Under the pieces are notes generated by a model. The model was not told the origin of the DNA, did no database searches, and saw only the letters and a list, made by a program, of their open reading frames with translations. Shown here in pieces: positions 11,186 through 21,097 of a stretch of DNA of 64,000 bases (position 1 is its first letter; each line of letters opens with the position of its first letter). A program made the position numbers and the translations under genes. This DNA comes from Acidimicrobiia bacterium (GTDB lineage Bacteria > Actinomycetota > Acidimicrobiia > Spongiisociales > ZC4RG35). The stretch lies in assembly GCA_965215185.1 (NCBI GenBank), contig OZ244034.1, forward strand, positions 960,001 through 1,024,000, written 5' to 3'.

Positions 11186-11233
11186 CTGTGAGTATGTAGG
11201 GGGTGCTCTCGATTTGACAACCATAGGAGCATC
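11186..11233 (+). mobile_element. Collapsed IS110 footprint (C-type left end joined to A-type right end)
   Basis: CTGTGAGTATGTAGGGGGTGC resembles the left end at 21097-21076; 11208-11233 is identical (26/26) to the reverse complement of 18480-18505. Confidence 0.75.
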
Positions 11234-11282
11234 GGTACGGTTCATAATTCTACCAACGTAATTACAACAGTGTCAACAGGCC

Positions 11283-12146
11283 CTAGCCGAGCTCGAACCA
11301 CGTCGGCTGGTGGTCCGATCCGGCCGCGTCATCGTCGATCCACGCCGACTTGACCAACGACGCCAGGCCAGGGGTCACGAATCCGTAGTCGAGCTTCAAG
11401 CCGACCTCGAACCCCTGGCTCTCGTCGTACCAGGTGATTCCCTCCTCGACAGGGTTGCCGGCCGCGGTCCACGTGTCCACCAGCCGGTCACCTGCGAGAG
11501 TACGGCCGTAGTAGTAGTCAGCCTCGCCGACGATGAGCGGGTACTCGGCCGACGTTGGAGTCAGGTTGAAGTCGCCCATCGCCACGAACTCAGCGGGCGC
11601 TGGGCTCTCGGCGATACCCAGCCATTCGATGCCGGTGACCGACACTCCGTCAAAGGGAACTCGAAACAGAAGCGGCAGCAGGTACTCGATCGCGGTTCGC
11701 CGTAGCCGGGGGTTGACCGCATCGAGATGGAGCGAGTAGCACCGAAGAGGCCCAGACGGGGCGTCGATGACTGCTTCAAGCGCGCCGAGTTGATATCCGT
11801 GGGCATTGATGACCCTGACTCTCGGCAACAGCAGATTCCGGCGCGACAGGATCGGCCAGCGGGAAAGGACCACGTTGCCGAACTGAAGTCGACGATGCTC
11901 GATTGGCCCACTGGCAGTTCTCGGGCTCGCGTCGAGATCGACGTTGGCTCCGTACACCCAGTGATGCTGAGTGAGCAACTCGCCCAGCTGGGCTGGTTGA
12001 TCTTTGTCAGGAACCGCGTCGACGTTGCGCACGACTTCCTGCAGTGCGATCACGTCGGCGCCACGGACCGCGTTGGCGATTCTCCCGAGGTCGAAGCGGC
12101 CGTCCTTTCCCTGTGAGTAGCGGATGTTGTATGACACGAACTTCAT
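11283..12146 (-). CDS. Endonuclease/exonuclease/phosphatase family protein
   Basis: SYNI, LQEV, GDFN, LDY, SDH motifs. Confidence 0.9.
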   Translation of the reverse strand: MKFVSYNIRYSQGKDGRFDLGRIANAVRGADVIALQEVVRNVDAVPDKDQPAQLGELLTQHHWVYGANVDLDASPRTASGPIEHRRLQFGNVVLSRWPILSRRNLLLPRVRVINAHGYQLGALEAVIDAPSGPLRCYSLHLDAVNPRLRRTAIEYLLPLLFRVPFDGVSVTGIEWLGIAESPAPAEFVAMGDFNLTPTSAEYPLIVGEADYYYGRTLAGDRLVDTWTAAGNPVEEGITWYDESQGFEVGLKLDYGFVTPGLASLVKSAWIDDDAAGSDHQPTWFELG

Positions 12147-12183
12147 CAGAGCGCCCTCGGAGGAGCCGGCAGGGCCGCGTCGG

Positions 12184-13317
12184 CTAGTTGATGGCCCATT
12201 GCTGGGGACGACGCGCTGAACTCACTGTCGCGCCCCCCTCCTCGCTGATCGGACGACGGGGCTTACCGACTATCGACGAGCCTTCCCGATCGGCTAGATG
12301 GCACGCAGCCCAATGGTTGGGGATGATCTCACGGAGCTCGGGCACCTCAGCACGGCAGCGGTCGACAACCAACGGGCAGCGCGTCGAGAACACGCACCCG
12401 GGCGGTGGCGCCGCGGGACTCGGAACCTCTCCGACGAGAGGGATGCGGGTCCGGCCGGACTCGATCATCGGATCTGGAACGGGAACCGCCGACAACAAGG
12501 CCTGCGTGTACGGGTGGAGCGTCGCCTCGAACAGAGACTCAGTCTCGGCGAGCTCGACGATGTGTCCGAGATACATCACCGCCACTCGGTCGGAGATGTG
12601 CTCCACCATCGAGAGGTCGTGGGCCACGAACAGGTAGGCGATTCCGAACTCGTCCTGAAGATCGGCCAGGAGGTTGATCGCCTGCGCTTGGATCGACACA
12701 TCGAGCGCAGAGATGGGCTCGTCGCAGACGATCAGGTCGGGGCTGAGGGCGAGCGCCCGGGCGATGTTGATGCGCTGGCGCTGACCCCCGGAGAACTCGT
12801 GGGGGTAGCGGGTGCGGTGAGCGGCCCGGAGGCCCACCAGGTCGAGAAGCTCGAGCACCCGGTCGAGGATCTGTTGCGGTGCCATCTCGGTGTGGACCCT
12901 CATCGGCTCGCCGATGATGCGGCCTACGGTGTGACGGGGATTCAGCGACGCGTACGAGTCTTGGAAGATCATCTGCATACGCGGTCGGAGCTTGCGCAGC
13001 TCCTTCTCGCCGAGGGTCGTGAGCTCGATGTCGCCCAGCCAGACCTGGCCGGAAGAAGGGCGATGGAGCTGCAGGACAGCCCGCCCGGTCGTGGACTTGC
13101 CGCACCCGCTCTCGCCGACCAGCCCGAGCGTCTCGCCCGCGAAGAGCTCGAAGCTCACACCATCGACCGCCTTGATCGGCATGTCGATCGACTTGCCCGG
13201 GAAGTACTTCGTCATGTTCACGACCCGGAGCACCGGCTCAGCAGGACTGCTGGCCGCGGCCACCGGCTCCGACCTGGCGACGGGCTCGACCGGCTCAGTG
13301 GAAGCGAGCTCAGTCAT
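12184..13317 (-). CDS. ABC ATP-binding protein (DppF-like)
   Basis: [24 protein letters not shown]. Confidence 0.92.
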   Translation of the reverse strand: MTELASTEPVEPVARSEPVAAASSPAEPVLRVVNMTKYFPGKSIDMPIKAVDGVSFELFAGETLGLVGESGCGKSTTGRAVLQLHRPSSGQVWLGDIELTTLGEKELRKLRPRMQMIFQDSYASLNPRHTVGRIIGEPMRVHTEMAPQQILDRVLELLDLVGLRAAHRTRYPHEFSGGQRQRINIARALALSPDLIVCDEPISALDVSIQAQAINLLADLQDEFGIAYLFVAHDLSMVEHISDRVAVMYLGHIVELAETESLFEATLHPYTQALLSAVPVPDPMIESGRTRIPLVGEVPSPAAPPPGCVFSTRCPLVVDRCRAEVPELREIIPNHWAACHLADREGSSIVGKPRRPISEEGGATVSSARRPQQWAIN

Positions 13318-14317
13318 GTCGGGGCGCTCCCGCCTCGACGTCGTAGAAACACGCGACGTGTCGGCCGCGGGTCGGCTCGAACAGCGGCGGCACCTCGCTT
13401 ATGCAGCGGTCGAACACATGGGGGCAGCGAGCCGCGAACGGGCAATGGGTTGGCTCGTCGATGAGATCGGGCGGCATACCGGGGATGCTGATCAACCGGT
13501 CGGCCCGGTTGGCCTTCTTGGGCAGAGCGTCTAGGAGCCCGATTGTGTACGGGTGCAGCGGCCGCTGGTATAGGCTGGCCACATCGGAGATCTCTACGAG
13601 CTGGCCGGCGTACATGACTGCTACTCGGTCGGCCAGACCAGCGACAACGCCGAGGTCGTGCGTGATCCAGATCAGGGCCAGCCCGAGCTCGTCGCGCAAG
13701 TCGTGCATAAGCTCCACGATTTGGGCCTGTATCGTCACGTCGAGCGCCGTCGTCGGCTCATCGGCAATCACCAGCTGGGGGTCGCAGGCCACTGCGACAG
13801 CGATCATGACGCGCTGTCGCATGCCTCCGGAGAACTCGTGAGGGTAGGCGTCGGCGCGTCCCACGGCGTCGGGTATCCCGACCCTCTCCAGCAGTTCGAT
13901 GGCGCGCTTGCGAGCCTGCCGCCTCGATAGACCGAGATGGGTGCGGATCACGTCGATGAGCTGGGTGGAGATTCGCACTGTTGGATTGAGGGAGCTCATG
14001 GGATCCTGGGAAACGAACCCGATCTCGGCCCCTCGAACCCGTCGCAGCCGGCGCTGGGACTCCTCAAGGAGGCTGATCGTTCCGTCCGCGGTTTCGAACG
14101 TCGCGGTGCCGTTGGATATCCGTGCCGGTGGCTCGGCGAGCAGCCGCAGCAGGGCGAGCATCGTGACAGACTTCCCGCTTCCGCTTTCGCCCACGATGGC
14201 CAGCGTCTCACCCTTGGCGACGGAGAGCGTCACTCCGTTGACCGCATGCACGGTTCCTTCCGGGATGTCGAACCGGACCTCAAGGTTCTTCACGTCGAGA
14301 AGTTTCGTTGTGTTCAC
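13310..14317 (-). CDS. ABC ATP-binding protein (DppD-like)
   Basis: [16 protein letters not shown]; GTG start overlapping the dppC-like stop. Confidence 0.9.
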   Translation of the reverse strand: MNTTKLLDVKNLEVRFDIPEGTVHAVNGVTLSVAKGETLAIVGESGSGKSVTMLALLRLLAEPPARISNGTATFETADGTISLLEESQRRLRRVRGAEIGFVSQDPMSSLNPTVRISTQLIDVIRTHLGLSRRQARKRAIELLERVGIPDAVGRADAYPHEFSGGMRQRVMIAVAVACDPQLVIADEPTTALDVTIQAQIVELMHDLRDELGLALIWITHDLGVVAGLADRVAVMYAGQLVEISDVASLYQRPLHPYTIGLLDALPKKANRADRLISIPGMPPDLIDEPTHCPFAARCPHVFDRCISEVPPLFEPTRGRHVACFYDVEAGAPRHD

Positions 14318-15273
14318 TGTTTCACTCGTCGAGATCGGGGGTCGAGCGCGTCGCGCAACCAATCGCCGAACATGTTGAGCCCGAGCCCGGCAAGCAGAAT
14401 GGCGAAGCCCGGTGCGAGCGATATCCACGGACGGATCGCGAGCACGCCTCGACCGGCGTTGATCATGTTGCCCCAGCTCGGCGTGCTGGGCGGTACGGAC
14501 AGACCGAGGAATCCGAGGCCGGCCTCATAGAGGATCATGGCCGACATCTCGAACGTGGCCAGCGTGGCCAGCGGGCCGACAAGGTTGGGCAGCAGGTGCA
14601 GCCACAGGATCTGGCCCTCCGGTACGCCGACGTTCCTCGCTGCCTCGATGAACATGCTCTCCCGGAGCTTCAAGACCTCACCCCGCGTCACTCGGGCGAA
14701 CACCGGAATCGAAGTGAAACCGAAGATGAGGATCACGTTGATCAGGCTTCGCCCGACGACGGCGGCGAAGAAAACCACGAACAACAGGTAGGGCAGCGAC
14801 AGGATCAGGTTGATGAAGCCGACGATGGCGGCGTCGATCTTGCCGCCTCGGTACCCGGCGATAAGACCGATCGCCATCCCCAGCGTGATGGCGATTCCAA
14901 CGCCACCGAGAGCCACACCAAGCGAGACGCGGGTTCCGAAGATGATGCGGCTGAGAATGTCACGTCCGAGTGTGTCCGTGCCGACCAGGTAGTCGGTGGA
15001 GCCATCATAGGTCCAGAACGGCGGGGTATTGGCGTCACTCAGAGTCTGTTGGAGAGGATCATGGGGGGCGATCCACGGAGCGAACACCGCAACGATGAGC
15101 AACATGATGAAGACGAAGGCCCCGAACGTGCCGCCCTTGGACTGGCGAAGCAGCCTCAGGGCATCACGAATCCGGGCCCGGATTCGCAGGTCCTTCTCAA
15201 TATCGACTTGATGGCCGGTTTCGATCTCGCCGGCAGCAGAATCAGCGCCTGCCCGAGCGCTGTGATCAGTCAT
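14314..15273 (-). CDS. ABC peptide permease (DppC-like)
   Basis: GTDTLGRD, FIEAA, LGFLGL. Confidence 0.92.
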   Translation of the reverse strand: MTDHSARAGADSAAGEIETGHQVDIEKDLRIRARIRDALRLLRQSKGGTFGAFVFIMLLIVAVFAPWIAPHDPLQQTLSDANTPPFWTYDGSTDYLVGTDTLGRDILSRIIFGTRVSLGVALGGVGIAITLGMAIGLIAGYRGGKIDAAIVGFINLILSLPYLLFVVFFAAVVGRSLINVILIFGFTSIPVFARVTRGEVLKLRESMFIEAARNVGVPEGQILWLHLLPNLVGPLATLATFEMSAMILYEAGLGFLGLSVPPSTPSWGNMINAGRGVLAIRPWISLAPGFAILLAGLGLNMFGDWLRDALDPRSRRVKQ

Positions 15274-16304
15274 GTGATCCCCTCTCCGTATGGCTTCGGC
15301 ATCGTCGCCGACGCATCGTCCGCAGTTCGTTTGCGCCGACGGTTCCCCGTCTGTCCCAGCTTGCCCACTCTGATTCGCGGGTCGGCGACTGTGTACAGCA
15401 CGTCAGCAAGAAGTGAGAAGAATATGACGAGGAGCGCGCCGAAGAAAGCTATTCCCTGCACAAGCTGGAAGTCGCGGTTGCTTACCGCCTCGGCCAACAA
15501 CCCTCCCGCTCCCGGCCAAGCAAAAACAGCTTCGATATACAGCGATCCACCCAGCAGCGCCCCGATCTGCAGGCTCATTACGCTGATGAGCGGGATGAGA
15601 GCGTTGCGCAGGATGTAGCGTCTGTAGATGACCAGCGCTCGGAGGCCTTTGCTGCGAGCGATGCGGACGTACTCCTCGTTGACGATCTCGAGCACTGACG
15701 ATCTCGTGAACCGCAGAAGCTGAGCCATCGGAAACAAGCCGAGCGCGACCGCCGGCAAGATGATCGACTTGTTAGGTATGGTGAAAAACCACATCGATAT
15801 CGTGCCGCGCCCGAACGACGGCAGCCACCTGAGCTGAACGGCGAACACCACGATGAAGACCAACGCCAGCCAGAAATTCGGAATCGTCTGGCCCAGCAGA
15901 CCGAGACCGCGCGCCGCACTATCCCAGCGGCCGCCCGCCTTGACACCCGCGAGGATGCCGAGCGGTACTCCGACCGCTACCGCTAAGGCCATCGCCGCGA
16001 GGCCGAGCTCGATCGTCGCCGGCATCCGGTCGAAGACCACTTCTCGTACCGGGACCTTGTAGCGAAGCGAACTACCGAAGTCGAGGCGGGCCGCGTCCGC
16101 CACGAAGTCGACAAACTGCTCAACAACGGTCTTGTCCAGGCCATACGCCTGCCGTGCCGCCTCTCTTTGCTCCTGGGTTGCCTCCCGGGGAACTAGCAGG
16201 TTGGTCGGGTCCCCTGACACTCGCAGCATCAAGAAGACGATCACCATCACGCCGAGCACCAGCAGCAGTGCCTGGCCTATGCGCCCGACTAGGTACCTCT
16301 TCAC
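15270..16304 (-). CDS. ABC peptide permease (DppB-like)
   Basis: GDP, ARSKG, WPG, DPR motifs. Confidence 0.92.
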   Translation of the reverse strand: MKRYLVGRIGQALLLVLGVMVIVFLMLRVSGDPTNLLVPREATQEQREAARQAYGLDKTVVEQFVDFVADAARLDFGSSLRYKVPVREVVFDRMPATIELGLAAMALAVAVGVPLGILAGVKAGGRWDSAARGLGLLGQTIPNFWLALVFIVVFAVQLRWLPSFGRGTISMWFFTIPNKSIILPAVALGLFPMAQLLRFTRSSVLEIVNEEYVRIARSKGLRALVIYRRYILRNALIPLISVMSLQIGALLGGSLYIEAVFAWPGAGGLLAEAVSNRDFQLVQGIAFFGALLVIFFSLLADVLYTVADPRIRVGKLGQTGNRRRKRTADDASATMPKPYGEGIT

Positions 16305-16332
16305 CGACTCTCTCCCTCTGCTCGGCCCTTTT

Positions 16333-16384
16333 CATCTTGATTGGTGGGACCGAGGCGCAACACCCCGGCCCCACCAATGGATGA
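16333..16384 (-). promoter_or_regulatory. Intercistronic stem-loop after SBP gene
   Basis: TTGGTGGG...CCCACCAA stem flanked by TCATC/GATGA. Confidence 0.5.
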
Positions 16385-16405
16385 CAGCTCAGTAACCTGC
16401 GTCGA

Positions 16406-17944
16406 TCAGCCGGCCACCTCCAAGTCCCAAAGCCAGTACTCCTCGGCCGAACGCGGCTTGTAGTTGGCGACCCGATCACTCGTTGCTTCGAACGAGAACG
16501 GCACGTAGAGATAGATGAACGGTGGGTCGTCGTACATCTGCTGCTGCAATTGCCGGTACAGATCCGCACGAGCGTTGTCGTCGGGGGTCGCGAGTATCTC
16601 AAGGAGGAGGCTGTCAACCACCGGGTCGGACCATGCTGAGTAGCTCGCAGCTTGGCCGCCCATGGCCCCTTGCAGGCGGTCCCAGCCCTCGGGATTGGCG
16701 TTCGACCAACTGTCACCGAACAACGGCGGCAACTGCTTGTCCGCCTCCAGATCCCAGTACGCCCCGGACTCCATGATATCGAGCGACACGTTCACTCCTA
16801 CCTCGCCGAGCTGGGCCGCGACGGATTCGCACACCTGCTCGAAGTTGGTGTAGGCAGCTGACGGGCAGGCGAATCCGATGTCGAACCCCTCGGGATACCC
16901 GGCTTCGGCCAACAACTCCCGCGCCCGATCAGGGTCGTAGGAGAAGGGCGCGAGCGCATCGTTGTAACCGAAGTCGGCGGCCGTCATCAGCCCGGTGGCT
17001 CGGACGCCGTTGCCGTTGAACAGAGCGCCGATGACGCCATCGACGTCGACCGCATGGTTGAGGGCTTGGCGCACTCTGGGATCTTCGGTTGGTTGACCCA
17101 CACCGGAGGTGAGGTTGTTGAACGCGATGTAGTAGACCCGGTTGGTCGGATACTCAATGACGTTGACTCCGTCTACGCCCTCCAGCGATGCGGCTTCGTC
17201 GGGGCTGAGGCGGCTCACGATGTCGACTTCGCCCGTCTGGATCGCTGCGGCCCTGGTGGAGGACTCGGTGATCGGCCGGAAGATGATCCGGTCGAGCTTG
17301 GGGTAGCCCTTGCGCCAGTAGTTCGGGTTCCGGTCCAACACGATGCGGTCGCCCCGGACCCACTCGGTCAGCATGAACGGACCGGTGCCGATCGGCTCTT
17401 GGCCGAAGCCCGTCAGCCCGACCTCGGAGTAGTACTTGGGAGGAACGAAGAACCATATGGCGCCGGTGAGGCCGAGGAACAGTGCGTTGGGTTCCTGTGC
17501 GACTAGCTCGACGGTGTATTCGTCGATCTTGTTCACCTCGGCCGCTCGTTCGTAGTAGTTGAAGTAAGCGTTCTCCGGCTGCTTTTGCACTTCCCACGAG
17601 AACACCACGGCGTCCGCGTTGAACGGCTCGCCGTTGTGGAACATCACGTCCTCGCGCAGCTTGAACGTGTACCTGAGACCATCGTCGGACACTGTCCACG
17701 ACTCGGCGAGGGCCGGCTCGAACTCCAGGTCGTCGTTGATCCACACCAGCGGGTCGAATATCTGGTTGGACACGTTGCCCGCGTTTCGCTCGGCTGCGTT
17801 CGCACCGTCGAGCGCGTTGGGCTGCGTCGTGAGCGCGATCATCAGCTCGCCGCCCGGGGCTGTGCCACAAGCCGCCGCCATCAGAGCGAAGACGCCCACA
17901 AGCAAACACAATTTCCTCATTCTGGATATACGGTTATATGTCAT
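16406..17944 (-). CDS. Dpp/Opp-family ABC substrate-binding lipoprotein
   Basis: MAAAC lipobox, FHNGEPF, PIGTGPF; AGGAGG RBS. Confidence 0.92.
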   Translation of the reverse strand: MTYNRISRMRKLCLLVGVFALMAAACGTAPGGELMIALTTQPNALDGANAAERNAGNVSNQIFDPLVWINDDLEFEPALAESWTVSDDGLRYTFKLREDVMFHNGEPFNADAVVFSWEVQKQPENAYFNYYERAAEVNKIDEYTVELVAQEPNALFLGLTGAIWFFVPPKYYSEVGLTGFGQEPIGTGPFMLTEWVRGDRIVLDRNPNYWRKGYPKLDRIIFRPITESSTRAAAIQTGEVDIVSRLSPDEAASLEGVDGVNVIEYPTNRVYYIAFNNLTSGVGQPTEDPRVRQALNHAVDVDGVIGALFNGNGVRATGLMTAADFGYNDALAPFSYDPDRARELLAEAGYPEGFDIGFACPSAAYTNFEQVCESVAAQLGEVGVNVSLDIMESGAYWDLEADKQLPPLFGDSWSNANPEGWDRLQGAMGGQAASYSAWSDPVVDSLLLEILATPDDNARADLYRQLQQQMYDDPPFIYLYVPFSFEATSDRVANYKPRSAEEYWLWDLEVAG

Positions 17945-18044
17945 GTTTTCGCCTCCTGGTTGTTGCTGAAACGCCCCGGGTATCCCGGAGTGTGTTTTAC
18001 TTGAGTCCAGCTCGCTGGACTCGCTTCTGTTAATCATGGTAGTT

Positions 18045-18175
18045 GGTCCGGAACTGGCTTCGAGGGTGCGGTGCCGTTGGCCATCGCGAACTTAGCTTTG
18101 GTGGTGTAACGGGTGGGGTCTCCCACTCCGGCAAGGATCTCGGCTGCGACCAGGGCACCGATGCCGTAAATGTGA
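18045..18175 (-). pseudogene. Internal fragment of a D-type IS110 recombinase
   Basis: Translates HIYGIGALVAAEILAGVGDPTRYTTKAKFAMANGTAP, similar to the 24066..25094 protein. Confidence 0.75.
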
Positions 18176-18478
18176 GCCTGTATACATGTCTGTGTGAGGT
18201 GGGTTCTCTGAATCGCACCGATGCTCCTATTTTTGTCAAATTGATGCTTCTATGATCTCCAAATCGGGTTCGGGGGGTGGGTGGGCGTTTCGGTGGAGGG
18301 GTGGTTTCGGGGGTTGGTTGGTGGGTTTTCGAGGAGTCGGTAGAGCTGTCGGGCGATGTACCGTTTGAGACAGCGGCGGGTTTCGCGGGTGGTTTTGCCT
18401 TGGCTGGTGCGTTTGCCGATGTAGGCCCGGGTTTTGGGACAGTATCGGGAGCGGCTGATGGCGATGGTGTGGATGGCT

Positions 18479-19955
18479 TGATGCTCCTATGGTTGTCAAA
18501 TCGAGTTTTGGTGGGGTGTGAGGGTGGTGAGCCATTGGTGGTATTGGGTGGCGAGTTGATGGTTGTGGTAGATGCCTCGCTCGAGTTGTGAGAGGCGTAC
18601 TGGGTAGGTTTGTAGGGCTGTGGCGGCGTGGGTGAGGGTTGTTAGCGCGTTTTTGCGTAGACAGCGAAGATGGGCGCCGTTGGGAGTTTCGGGTGGATTG
18701 GTGAGCAGGTGGTAGATCTGGCGGGCGATGTGGCGTTTCAGGCAGCGGATGATCTCCCGGCGGTTTTTGCCTTCTGTTTGTCTTTTTTGGGCGTAGGCGA
18801 TGGTGGTCTGGTCGTAGCGCATGCGGGTGATGGCGATCCGCCACAGGGCATTGTTGGCTTGGCGGTTGCCGCCCCGGTTGAGCCGGTGGCGTATGGTCCG
18901 TCCCGACGACGCCTGGACGGGACTGGCGCCGCACAATGCTGCGAAGGACGCTTCCGATTGCATGCGTTCGGGGTTGTCACCGGCGGTGACCAACAGGGCA
19001 GCGGCGGTGTCGGCGCCGACTCTGGAGGCGGCTAACAGCGCCGGGTTGACCTGGGCGCAGAGATGGTTGATGTCGGTGGTGAGTTCTTCGATCTCGGCGG
19101 TGAGCGCCTGATATCGGCGGGCCAGGGAACGCAGCGCCTTTTTGGCGTAGGTGACGGTGATGGTGGCTGTTCGGGAACGGAAACCGGCGCAGGCCTTGAC
19201 GCGGGCTTTGGCCGGCAGTCTCTCTAGCTGGTGTTTGACCTGGTCGGGGGCGGTTACCACCAAAGCGTGCAGCTGGTTTATGGCCTGGGTGCGGGCTTTG
19301 GTCGCCGAACGGCGGGCCACCGAAAGCATCCGTATTGCTTCCACTCGACCGTTGCCGCTTTTGGGCACTGCGGTGGCCTGTCCGTTGAGAACCGCCCGTG
19401 CCGCTCCTTGGGCGTCGGTGGCGTCGGTCTTGCCCAACCGGCGGCGCAACTGCCGGTTGGGACGGTTCACCTCTGTCACCTGACACCGGCCTCGGTTAGA
19501 TAACGGGCCAGACCGGCGCCGTAACTGCCGGTGCCCTCTATACCGACCCGGACCACTCGACCGTGTGACCCCAACCAGTCGCCCAGTTGCTGATAACCGG
19601 CCGTGTCGGCCACGAAGGGGGCTGTTCCCAGGACCCGACCGGTGCTGTCCACCACCGCCGCCATGTGAACATCCCGGTGGGTGTCCACCCCACCGCACAC
19701 ATCTACCTGCTGACCTACTGACATGAACAATCCTCCTTGGATAGAATTCTGGCTAATCACCCAGACCCGGTGGCGGGTGGACAGACCACTCAGAATGAGG
19801 GAGAAGCAAAGCTCCTATCAGGTCACATCCGCCCACGGGTCGGGTGAACATCCCCCAGCCGGAAAACAGGCCGACAGATCAAGCCAAAGGCACAACGGCC
19901 AGGTTGAGTTTGGGTCAGACCTGCCCCGGCCTAGGGGCCCTTACAAGTATGAGTG
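18479..19955 (-). mobile_element. IS110 element A (CA core at both ends), recombinase frameshifted
   Basis: CDS 19724-18496 with a frameshift near 19484; GVDTH, EGTG, KTDATDA, SSG motifs; C-terminal HTH-like tail. Confidence 0.9.
19760..19940 (-). ncRNA. Putative bridge RNA of IS110 element A (ends approximate)
   Basis: Segments 19910-19902 and 19885-19880 match the insertion target; 19818-19811 and 19792-19787 match the element ends. Confidence 0.8.
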
Positions 19956-20859
19956 GTTGAGTTGGCGGTCGCCGCGTCGGTTCAGTCGGTGACGGGTGTG
20001 TTGTCCCGATGAGGCTTCGAGTGGTGCTACGCCGACTAGACGAGCGAAGGCGGCTTCGTTGCGGCAGCGGCGAGGATGAGACCAGGCAATGAACACTTGG
20101 GCGGCTGTGATAGGGCCGATCCCGGGTTGTTGGAGTAGCTGGGGAGCTACGGTTTGGACCAGTTCGGTGATAGTTGTTTTGAGTTCGGTTGCTTCGGTGG
20201 TGAGTGCGTGGATTCTCCGGGCTGCAGAACGCATCGCCTGTTTGGTGGCGGTGTGTTCGTTGGCCGGTGCTGATCTGAGTCGGAACTTGTGGCATTTGGT
20301 GACCAGGGCAGCAGTGCTCAGGTCACGCAGTTGGTCTCTGAGGTCAATGGGCGCGGTCACTAGGAGGGCTTTCAGTTCGTTGATCGCCGATGTTCTAGCT
20401 GTTATGGCACCACGGCGGGTAGTTTCCAGTACTCGTAGGGCTTCTCGTTCTCCCCTGGCCCGCGGTGTGGGAGGCCGGGAGCGGCCCAGCGCCTGGCGGG
20501 CGGCCCGGCGAGCGTCCAGTGCGTCGGTTTTGGCGCCGTCTCCGGTTGTTGGGTTGGGGTTGTTGAATTCTGTTACCCATTCACCTCGAGCGGCGAGATG
20601 GCTGGTCAGGCCTGCTTCATAGCTACCGGACCCTTCAACAGACCACACGCGACTGGCGGTCTGGGTGTGCTGGTCTGCCCATTTCAACAACCGGTCGTAT
20701 CCCACCCTGGTGGTCTCGAACATTGCGGATGCTTGTTCTCCGGTGGTGGCAGTGTCAACTACTGACGCGGTGACCCGATCACGGTCAGGATCGATTCCGA
20801 TCACATGCTCTACCGTTGTGGCCAACATCAGGACATCTCCCTTCTTCTTTGCGAACTGG

Positions 20860-21075
20860 GTTGTGCCCCGGCTGAGGCGCGATCCGCGAACGGCAGGACT
20901 GTGATGAGTCACACCCCTTTGGGGTGGACAGGCTTCTGATTAGGCCAGCGCGGTACGCCAGGTCGGCGCTGGTGGTCAATGTCGGACAGATCATAGGAAA
21001 GACACCAATCCGGGTCAGTCAAATTTAGGGTCACGACATCACTACCAGCACCGAGCCTGAGAACCTCCAAGAAGG
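20860..21075 (-). ncRNA. Putative bridge RNA of IS110 element C (ends approximate)
   Basis: Shared scaffold TGACC..GTGTCTTT..ATCTGTC; guides AAATTTGAC, CCTATG, AGAAGC, TCACAG. Confidence 0.72.
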
Positions 21076-21097
21076 GCACCCCCCCATATTCTCACAG

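Larger units (their letters stand above)
18243..21097 (-). mobile_element. IS110 element C, recombinase interrupted by element A
   Basis: CDS 20828-19956 joins in frame to 18480-18250 (RGDRQLN|QAIHTIAISR); DEDD and SSG motifs; structured left end 20830-21097. Confidence 0.88.

Noticed and set aside
14308-15618. Long antisense ORFs (also 5599..6714, 12298..13464, 48794..50581, 53003..54202)
   Set aside because: Shadow frames of well-supported genes in GC-rich DNA, with no recognisable motifs
19476-19495. Programmed frameshift in IS110 A
   Set aside because: No slippery sequence, and B is in frame at this position; more likely a mutation or sequencing error
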